NCBI GenBank assembly: GCA_051294905.1
Contig: CM119380.1
Span: forward strand, 14,756,001-14,820,000
Source: Botryllus schlosseri
Lineage: Eukaryota
DNA length: 64,000 bases
Direction of reading: 5' to 3'
Below, in pieces: positions 21,366-31,755 of the stretch (position 1 is the stretch's first letter; each line of letters starts with the position of its first letter). The notes under the pieces were generated by a model, which saw only the letters and a program-made list of their open reading frames with translations, was not told the origin of the DNA and made no database searches. The position numbers were made by a program, and so were the translations under genes.

Positions 21366-23882
21366 CTACATTTTTGTCGATTTGGTTGTTTTAACGGGGG
21401 TCGATACCGATGATATGTACATTGTCAACTGAGTATTCGTGTTCCGCCGTTGTACCTTAGGTTTTAACTTAGGACAGCAAAGACTGCTATAACGACAGAA
21501 ACAAAACAAGATGATCCCGGCCCCTAATATCAAAATTACTGGAATCAGAACAGACCCCAAGCCAGAAAAAATTCCGTTCACTCCCTTACTGAATATTCCT
21601 CCGACCGCACCTAGTCCTTCTTGTAGTAGATTTCCTGTACTCTCTCCTACAGATTTTATCAAGCTTTCGGCACCGTGTGTCATGTCTTCTATCGTTTGGC
21701 CCAAGTTTTCCATAAATTTTTCTCCTCCCACGAATTCGAAAGGCTTCACTGTAATATTCTCATATCGCCAATCAGAAATGTTCATGTACACACTCTTGTT
21801 CAGATCTTCTCTCCAAACTTGCAAACCCAAATCCACATTCTGTTGGGTTTGATCTATATTGATACGATTGGCACGTAGTTCCACTCCGATGTCATTCGTC
21901 TCATTGATGTAAGCGTCTCTATAGGCTGTTAATTGCTGAGCATGCTCTTTTATCCGTAACGTTCCTTGCCGGATTTTCGTGAGATATACCTTGCTGGAGT
22001 CAAATATTAACTTTCCAGTCAAATTAGCCAATTCGTCCAAAACCAATCGGTCGATGGCTAATTCGGCATCACTCATTTCCTTATAGTTTTGAAAAGAGGT
22101 CAAAGAAGCTGTTGCTTGTCGTATTATCATTTGTCGATTTCTTTCTATGTACTTTTCCATTAGTACAAGTCGTTTATCTGTCAGTGATGTCCTTACTTCC
22201 ATGGCAGCGATCGTTTGATCCAGTTTTTGTTGTTGTGCTATTTGAAGTAACGAGAGCTCGTTAATCTTTCTCCCTAGTGCAGTGGACCTCTGTGTGGCCT
22301 GTATCATTCTATTATTGATCTGTTGGCTAAGGTTCACCGTCTCTTCATGTAACTGGGAGGAAACTGTCGCAACGACGGCGATTGTGGATATTACGGCAAA
22401 CACAAGACATATTAGTCCAGACAGAAACCTTTTACGTCTTCTCCGCGCACCCCTTTTGGTACCAGCTCTCGATGCTATTTCTCCCTTAATTTCTATCGGG
22501 CCTCCCGGGAAACGTGGTCGGTTTAGCTCCGGATCAAAATGAACATGGTCCCAAAAGGCTGCCTTTAAAACGGGTCCACCCACTGGGTCGCGACACAAAT
22601 CCTGGTTATGTGATATTCTATTTTTACATGCTTCATCCGATGCAGTAAGAGAGGGGAAGTGTTTCCACATGGGCCTGGGAAAAGGTATCCATGTTGATAT
22701 AGATGCCTTAAACCTAGTCGGCACACCATCAAAAAGGTTATTCCACCTCATGCCCTGATTGCCGCGATTAGCATACACACTGTGATCCAAATTTGGAAAA
22801 GACGGTTGTATCCATTTTACTCTAGGAGGGAAATTTGTCGTTGGTAGATCACCCCATATAGTGGTATTCATTCCAGGCCAGAAATTGCACGAATGGGCTA
22901 TTACCCCACCATCAGGCCAGAAGTGCTCAAACCAGTACTGATTAATCCATCCCCCCTGGGCCCGGCATGGAATGAACTTATTGCGCATATACGGCCATGT
23001 ACTTATTGTAGTCATTACTATTTCTTGGATGATTATATCTGCCTTATTTGGTTCCAGAGCAGAAATCACTCCTCTAAAATTACACCTTGTACAGATTCCT
23101 TTTCTGACCCCCTTTACCCTCCAAGAGTGGTATTGTTGCCAAAAAACACTATGGGAGGCATAATCTTTATCTACTAGATGCCAGCATTGTGTAAAACTAT
23201 TGCTACTGGCATTATACTTATTTAATTCACTTAATTTTTCTTTGTCCCCGTCTCTCATTGGCTCTTGAAGACATGAGGCTTCAACAGCTGAATAACTTTC
23301 GAATAGTCGTATCATAATCAATTTAAATTTGGTAAGAGCAAACATGGAGTAATTCCTGCCAAGGTCATGATACCAGTAATAGTCCCCATTCCAGAACCAG
23401 CGAATCCTATAATACCCTATTGGACGTATGAACATGTTTGTTTGTTTAAGAACATCATAGGAAATATTGGGCGTGATCTGGCCCAGGCGCCGTTGACAGA
23501 GACAGGTGCGTTCAAATTCTTGTACACTTGTCCAATATCTTCCATGTGGAAACGCCATTTGTTGTAATGAAAAACGCTCAGCTACTACGTAACCAAATGA
23601 CTTGCTGTAAAATAGCTCAGGCCGTCTATATACATGTCGCTCCGCCGTTTTGTTGAAAATGCTCATCAAGTGATAGTCCTCCCATTGTGTATCATTTAGA
23701 GTGATCCATTCTTCAGGCAGGGGTCCCCGTAGTTCCCCTAGCGTCCCCTGAGTGAAAGACCGTGCCCTATTTGTTACAGGATCTGCAAGTCCGTGCATGC
23801 CTTTCGCCGCCGTATGCAGCACCAAATCAGACGTACAAATGATACCAACAAGGATAGACAGAGAATAAGGAAGGATGTCCAT
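21366..23882 (-). CDS. Class I viral fusion-type envelope glycoprotein (838 aa from first ATG)
   Basis: Signal peptide MDILPYSLSILVGIIC. Multibasic site RRRRKR (22428-22445) is followed directly by the hydrophobic peptide FLSGLICLVFAVISTIAVVATV. Then long heptad-like helices, a Gly-rich membrane-proximal segment, TM VLIPVILILGAGIILF, and a Cys-cluster tail FCFC..LCC. Confidence 0.88.
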   Translation of the reverse strand: MDILPYSLSILVGIICTSDLVLHTAAKGMHGLADPVTNRARSFTQGTLGELRGPLPEEWITLNDTQWEDYHLMSIFNKTAERHVYRRPELFYSKSFGYVVAERFSLQQMAFPHGRYWTSVQEFERTCLCQRRLGQITPNISYDVLKQTNMFIRPIGYYRIRWFWNGDYYWYHDLGRNYSMFALTKFKLIMIRLFESYSAVEASCLQEPMRDGDKEKLSELNKYNASSNSFTQCWHLVDKDYASHSVFWQQYHSWRVKGVRKGICTRCNFRGVISALEPNKADIIIQEIVMTTISTWPYMRNKFIPCRAQGGWINQYWFEHFWPDGGVIAHSCNFWPGMNTTIWGDLPTTNFPPRVKWIQPSFPNLDHSVYANRGNQGMRWNNLFDGVPTRFKASISTWIPFPRPMWKHFPSLTASDEACKNRISHNQDLCRDPVGGPVLKAAFWDHVHFDPELNRPRFPGGPIEIKGEIASRAGTKRGARRRRKRFLSGLICLVFAVISTIAVVATVSSQLHEETVNLSQQINNRMIQATQRSTALGRKINELSLLQIAQQQKLDQTIAAMEVRTSLTDKRLVLMEKYIERNRQMIIRQATASLTSFQNYKEMSDAELAIDRLVLDELANLTGKLIFDSSKVYLTKIRQGTLRIKEHAQQLTAYRDAYINETNDIGVELRANRINIDQTQQNVDLGLQVWREDLNKSVYMNISDWRYENITVKPFEFVGGEKFMENLGQTIEDMTHGAESLIKSVGESTGNLLQEGLGAVGGIFSKGVNGIFSGLGSVLIPVILILGAGIILFCFCRYSSLCCPKLKPKVQRRNTNTQLTMYISSVSTPVKTTKSTKM

Positions 23883-24011
23883 GGTACAGACAGTGGTGGT
23901 TCTCGCCACGTCATAAACTAAATATAATCGCGCACTAAACCTAGACTACCGTCTGTAAAAACACAAAATAACAGATGTCGTCATTTCCGTATTGGAACCT
24001 TATAACGGGGT

Positions 24012-24977
24012 TCACAAATGTGGTAATACAGGAGGCCCATCAAATTTGTCAAGATTATACCGTGGATCATTGTGTATGGTGCGCAGGAGTGCCAAGAATC
24101 GGTCAGTCTTTTGATGTTGACGTTTCCACAAAAACTCCCCTACGTAGTCGGCCAAAAGATGACGTGCTAGACCACGAGATCTATGTAAATGATATTTAAG
24201 CTGGCCCCAGGCCCCCTCGATTTCATTAGTACAAAAAGCTGTCCGAGGGTCCTTAAACCAACGGGAGTGGTCCACTACACCGTGTATATAACCCTTCCCC
24301 CAGCTCTCTATGCCCTTGTAGGAAGGATAGGCATCGGTTAGAATCGTGGACCCCTCTGTCACATTTTCTACTATGAGTTTTCGAAATACTTCAGCAGTTC
24401 TGTCAGAAGTTATTTCAATGAACATTTCTCCGGTGGCTTTGTCTATTCCTCCAAACCCCCAAATGGCTTTAACAGCTGGTCCTTTACCAGAGGCAGCCCG
24501 GCGCTTGGCTAAGTGCGTTTCATCAATAATCACGCAACCGCCTTCCTTTCCCAAACGTCGCTTGTTCCTGTGAAATTCGGCCGTACACAGCTTTCGCAAT
24601 TTGCCGCACCAGGTAACCGTTGAACGCTGGCTAATCTCAGCTTCATGCGCGATTTGGGTTTGCAATGCGTCATGGGCCCAAAAGTAGAATAAAATCAACA
24701 ATTTGGGAAGTTCTACCTTACTTCCTGCGAATATCGAGTTTTTCCGTATAGTCGCCGTTGTATCACACGGATTGCATCGCCATCTAAATCCATCACCGCC
24801 AGTGGTCGTAATTTCTTCATTCATTATTTTTTTACATCGTTTGCATTTCATCCTTCGCACCAACAACCCGTGATTTCTCAGAAATAGCACACAATCTCGT
24901 GTTTTTAGTAGTGCACCCGATTCGACCAGACTCAACACATTGTATGTTCTTCCCAACGTATCTGCACAAGTAAACAA
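24012..24977 (-). CDS. Merlin/IS1595(ISXO2)-like DDE transposase 2 (start codon uncertain)
   Basis: CKRC...RWRC..C Zn ribbon, TIRKNSIF, and catalytic motifs IIDET / LTDAYPSY / TNEIEGAW. The first in-frame ATG is only at 24851. Confidence 0.88.
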   Translation of the reverse strand: MFTCADTLGRTYNVLSLVESGALLKTRDCVLFLRNHGLLVRRMKCKRCKKIMNEEITTTGGDGFRWRCNPCDTTATIRKNSIFAGSKVELPKLLILFYFWAHDALQTQIAHEAEISQRSTVTWCGKLRKLCTAEFHRNKRRLGKEGGCVIIDETHLAKRRAASGKGPAVKAIWGFGGIDKATGEMFIEITSDRTAEVFRKLIVENVTEGSTILTDAYPSYKGIESWGKGYIHGVVDHSRWFKDPRTAFCTNEIEGAWGQLKYHLHRSRGLARHLLADYVGEFLWKRQHQKTDRFLALLRTIHNDPRYNLDKFDGPPVLPHL

Positions 24978-25195
24978 GACAGTATGTGGCGTTCATCAAC
25001 TCTTTATCGTCCTTTGCGGGTCAACCCTTCTTTTTCTTGATACATCATATGTACTGATTCTCTCATATTTTAATCCCGTGTTAGTCATATGGCAGGGTCA
25101 TTTTTTTCACTTGTTCCTTACCAGACCTGGTGATTTTTTTACCCCTATTTCAATGTACATGTACAACACCTACTATCCTACAACACACCCACTTT

Positions 25196-25558
25196 ATGGT
25201 GCAACAACTATTGCCGCCTAGACCTCCGGGCACTTATTTCACAAGTACCGAGTATTTTATGAAGTTTTATGCAACTTTTTCAAACAATTGTCGCCCTGCG
25301 CGCGATTTCAAGTTTCCAAGTACCTTACTTATTGGGTACTCTTCCACCAAGATAAAATACGCAAGATTTATAGAAGTGGGCATATCGTCGTTGGCCATTA
25401 CCGCGCCACGACGCACGAAGACATATGAAGTTTTAGGTCATGTAACATGCGACTCCAAGAAGTGTGCCAGAACGATCGACAGCGAGAAAACCTTGGCCGA
25501 AAAGGACTGCCCTTACGCTGACCATAAACTTCGTTATGTATATACAAAATACATATAG
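25196..25558 (+). CDS. Hypothetical 120 aa protein divergent from transposase 2
   Basis: ATG ORF MVQQLLPPRPPGTYF...CDSKKC...DCPY. No long overlapping ORF on the other strand. No family recognised. Confidence 0.4.
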   Translation: MVQQLLPPRPPGTYFTSTEYFMKFYATFSNNCRPARDFKFPSTLLIGYSSTKIKYARFIEVGISSLAITAPRRTKTYEVLGHVTCDSKKCARTIDSEKTLAEKDCPYADHKLRYVYTKYI

Positions 25559-25821
25559 GTATAATTGACCATAGGCGCCTAAATGACAATCTGAACCTCA
25601 CGAGACAAATAGGCTACCATACCGCAGGGAAGAATTATATGCCGGTGAAGAACTACCAATTTGAAATCGTGTGTATCTTATAGGTTAGTACGTTTGGGCG
25701 ATTGTATATTTTTTGATATAGCAGACTGGAGGTCACGAAATAACATCATGTAACGAAGTCGAACCAACGGGTCCGCCTGTCAGAATATATTTAATTATTA
25801 TTTACGGGCCCTATACAGTTT

Positions 25822-26450
25822 CCAAGACACCTCACTCAGCTCTACCGGTAAATCTGATTACGTGAGCAGAGAGGACAAGTTAGCATGTACGCAATTCCCG
25901 ATCTCATTGACATATTTTATTTTGAATTATCGAAAATTTTCGCGCTCCACGCTGGCTCACTAAACGGTGATCCTGATTTCGTGGCAGAAGCGAACAACAG
26001 GACGGGGGATCGGTTTATCACCCTATGGGAGCTCAAGACCTAAGTGTTTTGAGAAGCCTGACAAAGTGCTGTTTCGTTCCTGCCAACGGGTATACGCCCG
26101 AAGATGTTTAATTAATATTGAGTGGTCCTACCTTTTCAAACACAACTCACTAGGCTCAACCGGTCAATCTGATTACGTGAGCAGAGAAAGGATAAAAATA
26201 GATACCAATATATATGCAATTCCCGATTACATTGACCGATTCAATCAGGAATTATAGAAATTGTTCGCGCCTCGCGCGATTAGTCGACAGAGGCTGCCTA
26301 AAACGGACACCCGATTTAGATGATAAATAGCGGCAAACAGCTATCTAGCCTGGTGGGGGTCTGGGGGCTTCGAAGTTCGGTTTATCACCCAATGGGGTCC
26401 CAAGAGCAACGTTTGGGGGGAGGGGGTGACGAAGTGCTGTGACGGCCCTG
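25822..26450. repeat. Degenerate tandem duplication (about 320-370 bp unit)
   Basis: accggt(a/c)aatctgattacgtgagcagaga at about 25844 and 26160; gcaattcccgat twice; cggtttatcaccc at 26011 and 26378. The core ttacgtgagcagaga recurs at about 40691. Confidence 0.75.
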
Positions 26451-29400
26451 GCTATTGATAACTTTACGGATTTTTTTTACGGATAGATGTGCAACAAGTG
26501 ACCCACGATTGAATACGCCGAGATGCGTACTGCCTAGCCGGCAAAGAGCAGCATAATTGGTAGTCCTATAGTTCGCGACCCAAGCGTCCGAATAATTTGA
26601 TATGTCGGTGTTTATCGAAGCAGGTGTTGCACTGATTCTAAAAATACGAATTGAAATCTGGCCAGGGCAATAAAACTACTCCGAAATAGCCAGCAAAGAT
26701 TGATTGTTCTGAACAACGGGAGCGCGACAACACAATGGCCAATGTCGTCAAGCGAATGATCGGAACAATGGAATTTCCATATTTTGGTGACTATTATGGG
26801 TTCCTTTCATTGCCCTGGTATTTGTGCGGCCCCGACCATACTCTGAAATTCTAAATTTGGCCCTGCCACCGAAAAAGGTTGGGAACCACTGCTTTAAATG
26901 CAACCCTAGATGCAACACTGCGACCACGGATATTTGAATTATATTTTTGTGAAACAGCTTCTTTGAGGTACAGAACTTCAATATACAATTGAATAGTATA
27001 TCCATATTGAAATGAACCCGAATATTTTCGGCTGACACTCGTCAGGGGTAATCGTCAGCAACTAGTAGAGAATTCAAAAGAACAGCGTATATCAACAATC
27101 GTAGCACAAAATATGACGTCACCAGCACGAAATGTCTAATACGAGAGCGTTCAATGTACTATTTGTAGATGATACAAGAACTCTTTTTGTTGACACACCC
27201 TTGGCTTATGTATTTTGATAAAAGTCGACTCCAAGGCACACAAATGAAAGTGTGAGCGAGCCATAGCCTACTCGGAAAAGGTCGTTCACTAGAAAGTGGC
27301 AAGCAGTCAATTATTTATGGAAGTGACTATAGTCCGCTAGTTGCGCTTTTCGTCGATATTCGGTGTTCGGTGTCGGGAACCGTTTTTGCCGGAAGAGACA
27401 TATTTCCCTATTTTTTTTCATTTAAAATCCCAAAGAGTCATACATGTAAATCAACTGTTACGTCATAATGGAATATTCGTGACGTCATGCTAGCACTAAT
27501 TCGAACTCACTACATTGGATTCAACGTGTGCGCCACATTTTCTCATTAAAAACTAGTATTTATTCTTCGAAAATGAAGCTCGAATCGTGAGTAAGGCACA
27601 GACTGCCAAGCCTCACCATTGATAACCCAATTCATCTTAAATAGCATATAATTTATTATAACTGGTGTTAATGGAATGTAACTGTCACACTGATTCCGAA
27701 AATCTAAACACTGATCGACTTCTCAATTCTCAAAGTTTTCGGCGGTAACATAACGTTGCGCCACACGCATACATTTTATCGCCGGTACTACAGAGCTACT
27801 TACCAATCAATAACGTGGGTATAGCTATGATGTTGTTTGTAATTCGAGTTCATAATTGTGTTTCATTCAGTTCATTTGGCGCCGTAGATCAGGCAGACAA
27901 TGTGTATTTTAAAACTGCGTTGTGATATGGGCGGCGCTCTCTGATTAATCAACGTGTCAGACAATCCTAGATTTCGATTCGGGTACATAGAATTCGCGAG
28001 TGATATTGGTCGCCGGCATGACAACAACTTAAATATGAAGATTTTGAAAAGATGGGGTCCGAGCCCCTCAACCCGAAGACGGCATTGTCTTAGCCGCTCA
28101 TACACATGTTTATACTGACACGAGAATAATTATTCTGGCCGTGATGAAAATTTACTAACAAGTTGCTGCAATATTGATCAATTCAGTACAAAAATAAATA
28201 TTTGGCAAAGAGCCATATGTTATATCCAAAAGAGCCATAGGCTCCCAACCACTGCTCTACGTCTGAGGAGGGGGATTTCCGCTCTCGGTCCTGGCAGCTT
28301 GACAAGCCATTTTGTCGGCCAACTTGTTACCAATGATATGAGTATGTCCCCGTATAGCCAGACAAGGACAACAATGAATCGCTTGGTACCGAGCGGCCGA
28401 ATTCAAAAGTAGCATTCTGCGTTTGCCGTGACTGAAAGTTGGCCATGACGGATAGTACAGACAGTCTGAGATAATCGGATATCTCTGATGGTTTGAGCCA
28501 TTCTGAGAGATACATTTTAGACGTGGAGAATAGCACGTGCTTCTATGCTAAAGATTGACTGTAGGGTCCCACAAGGTTAAAAACAGTTTATCATCAGCGA
28601 CCGAGTAGTAAACGCATAACCGGCTCCTTCTGTTTATTTAGACCCGTCAGTGTATGTTTAAATGGCATCGTTATAGCGTTCGAATATGAAGTCCGGGGGG
28701 GACTATGAGTTCATGCGGCAGAGGTGCGATACCTTTTTAATGATTTTTGTCAGGTCTACATCAACGTTTGGTGATTGCATCCACGATGTTGGAAAATGTG
28801 TTCTAGTTTCCAGGACAAGGCTATTCAGAGACGCGACATTTGTGGACATGTTAAGGGTGTGAATTGTGGGCTCATGAGGTTGTATATCTCATGCCACAAG
28901 CGTACAAGAACGTATAGTATTGGGTGTTCGTGGGTGTGGTAGCGCCCGCGGTTGCAGTGGTAGTTAGCAAACTCAACTGACGTTGCGGGCATGATTCAAA
29001 TATTCAGATCACTCGCGGGCCGCACCAGTCGACTGATTCCAAAATATTACGTAAAACTCCACAGATTCCATAAATTGGAATCTTTATATGCTTCTTTTGC
29101 TTAATTGTATACTGGCTGTAACCCTGCGTATGCATTGTTAGGAATACAAAATATTTAATCAATGTCAGCGACTTGCTCCTGAAGATGACTAGAAATCACA
29201 ACTCCACTGCGGGGTGGTTTGTATGTGGCCTATGAACAAATACTCGCCATTTGCTATCTTGAATGAATATTTATTGGAAGTACTTCTTACTGCAAATTCG
29301 AGAAATGTGCTTGAATACTCAGAATTGCTTCGCGGGCGGGCGGGATGGAATCATTTGGCGGGCATTATGTCTGACACAACTGATGTAAGCCTAGCTATAC

Positions 29401-30156
29401 AGTTACTGACGTATATTATTAGCAGTTCTACGTGTGCGTGAGCGATAGAACGCATTTTTATATGCATATTTAACTTTATATTCGTGGTTTCATTAAGGAT
29501 AAATTAATATGTCTTTAACACAGCTAGCAAATGCCATGGCTTTGAATGATCACTCATACTTCGAAAATTCAATTTGACTCGTAACTTAACTTGACTTGAC
29601 TTGACTCGAGTCAAAATGTCCAATGGTGGTGACTCGAAGGTAGTGCCTTGATCCCAACACTGGATCGTGATAATTTGGTGTCCGTGGACTTTACGGAACG
29701 CGCCGAAGAACACAGCGGACTATAATGTCACCCTTGCTGTCCAGTGTCCATTTACCACTGTAATCACAGGAATCCCTCTACATCTATCAATAAAAGAAAA
29801 TTGTAGTTATTCTTATTAGAGCACAAAATTATAGGTGGGGCACACCAGTTACCGTATGGTACATTAATATCCATGTGAAAAGTCCGGAGATTTTAGTGTT
29901 ACTGTTCCTTCTAAGCCCACCTGGTCTTCATTCGTAATTATATGTGACATTGTGACAGGTCTCTCTAGGCCCCTCTCGCCGTTCATGAACCACTATAAGT
30001 TATGACATGTCAATATGGTCCATTCCACCACGCTCCACGTCACGTGACCGACCACGCGCTTATTCGTGTATCACGCCATATATAAACGATTACATTCATA
30101 AATATCCCTTATGGGGCTCTTTTACGGTATAGTCTGCTGTTCTGTTCATATTACAT

Positions 30157-31013
30157 CAGGGGCGGGCAACATCCGGCCTGCGAAGGGATTTTGTCCGGCC
30201 CGCGGACAGTTTTCCGTCTTATATGATAATGTGGCCCGCGGCTACAGTCTGCCGAGATTCCCCGCTACTGGCTTACTACGTCAAATTTTAGTGACTGTAT
30301 GTTATTATATACATGTATGTACACTGCGCAGCGTGCGAGAGTGGAGCTTACGCGTAAGTTCGTCGAAGCGGGAAGACTTGCATTATCGGAATTTACGATG
30401 TACTCAACCCTAATATCGTTTGTGGTAATCATGGTGTTTGTCGACTACAATGGTAATTTACACCGGACCGATATTTATTATTTTTGATTCCGTAGTCGCC
30501 GACAAGTGGCCCGGCTTTTGTAAGACACCGCTTATGCCAGGGGTCGCCAACTCAAAATGGGTCGCGATCCACTTTTCAAATGTCGTAGAAGCCTCGGTCT
30601 GCGTCAATTAAATATCGAGATAAAATAGGCCAGACAGTTGAACAACGACCCTATCTCGTCACCTACTCCGCCCCAATGAATTGATATCTTGGTAAATTTG
30701 GGGTACCGGGATTATCGAACGCCTTGAAATCTTAATTAGTGATTCCACCGTGTGCTGATTGATCAAAGAGAAGCAGACGTGGAGGCGCCTGTATGACAAT
30801 GCTGCTCTCAAATCTATATTGTGTTCGTCATTATCGGCGAGAAATGGCTTTGAAGTGACATTGCTGTCGTTAAAATACATTTATTAAATACGATTTACTC
30901 CTTGTATATGTGGATAAATGAGAGTATAATTTATCGATTGAGCAATCCGGCCCGCCAAGTATACTTAATTTTCCTATATCCGGCCCGCCGACTGGAGAAG
31001 TTGCCCGCCCCTG
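30157..31013 (+). mobile_element. hAT-type MITE
   Basis: TIRs CAGGGGCGGGCAAC...GTTGCCCGCCCCTG with a perfect 8-bp TSD TATTACAT. Confidence 0.93.
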
Positions 31014-31718
31014 TATTACATATATCTGAGGCAATAGTCGCCGCATGCATCGTTGAGCTGTCAGATGAAGGACTAATGCAGGGTCGGAATCCTCCACCTC
31101 CACGACAACTTTTTTCAATGCCCCAATTCAATTCACCATTATAACACAAGATTCTCACAGAATCAGTCCCTATTTGTTAAATTGAATTCATCAAGACTGT
31201 CAAGAAATTCCCTATCTTATATAGGTGTGAAATTTTGGAACAATGTACCAACTTTGTACCGTACTCTTCCTTATCATACATTTAAAGCTCGCTATTGCAA
31301 ATTTATATTATCCAAGTACCAAGAAGAACATATCTCATGACCACAGTGATGTTGTTTGTTGTTTTGATTCATTTAATATGCTACAATAATATTACCACTG
31401 TGTACAGGGGTCAAATTGTTATTTTCTGATCACACTGTTAACTATGGTAACCGTCCTTCACTAGTGTTGCTGTCTTTTATTTACTTTTGTTTATTTCGTT
31501 ACTCTTTGCGGTGCTACTTGACTGAGAGAAGAAATTGATCCATATTATAATTAATACTGCCAATATGCTTGGGTGACTCCGGCCTAGAAGACTTCGGTCA
31601 TATCGGGTCTCCCAGTCTATACCGTGTAAATTATAGTTAGGAAAATTTAAAAAATGTATACTATTGGACGTGAATGTTTGTGGACATTGCCTTTACTATA
31701 TTTCATGGTTGACGAATA

Positions 31719-31724
<6 letters not shown>

Positions 31725-31751
<27 letters not shown>
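31725..31751. repeat. (CT)n microsatellite
   Basis: Uninterrupted CT run. Confidence 0.95.

Positions 31752-31755
<4 letters not shown>

Larger units (their letters stand above)
17809..25558 (-). mobile_element. Virus-like gene block 2 (two glycoproteins, transposase 2, small divergent ORF)
   Basis: Three large co-oriented ORFs separated by only about 90-130 bp, including a fusogen-like envelope protein. Termini are not defined. Confidence 0.6.

Noticed and set aside
10300-23882. Fusogen as the env of the BEL/Pao relic
   Set aside because: On the minus strand it lies upstream of, not downstream of, the pol relic, and it is intact while the pol is heavily decayed.
1-25558. Assigning the virus-like blocks to a named family (malacoherpesvirus, nudivirus, Polinton/Maverick)
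   Set aside because: No hallmark core gene is visible in the window; the cargo alone is not diagnostic.
207-25601. Short opposite-strand ORFs in the track (e.g. 931-1158, 4462-4791, 19162-19542, 20603-20998, 21511-21852, 24346-24573)
   Set aside because: They are antisense shadows of longer ORFs with recognisable motifs and have no independent coding signal.
17500-25830. Terminal inverted repeats bracketing block 2
   Set aside because: Only a 10-bp AT-rich match (gaaataacat) was found, with no TSD; this is not distinguishable from chance.
29700-30060. Possible CUB- or sushi-like exon (EGTVTLKSPDFSHGY)
   Set aside because: An in-frame stop follows immediately, and there are no consistent splice sites or further motifs.
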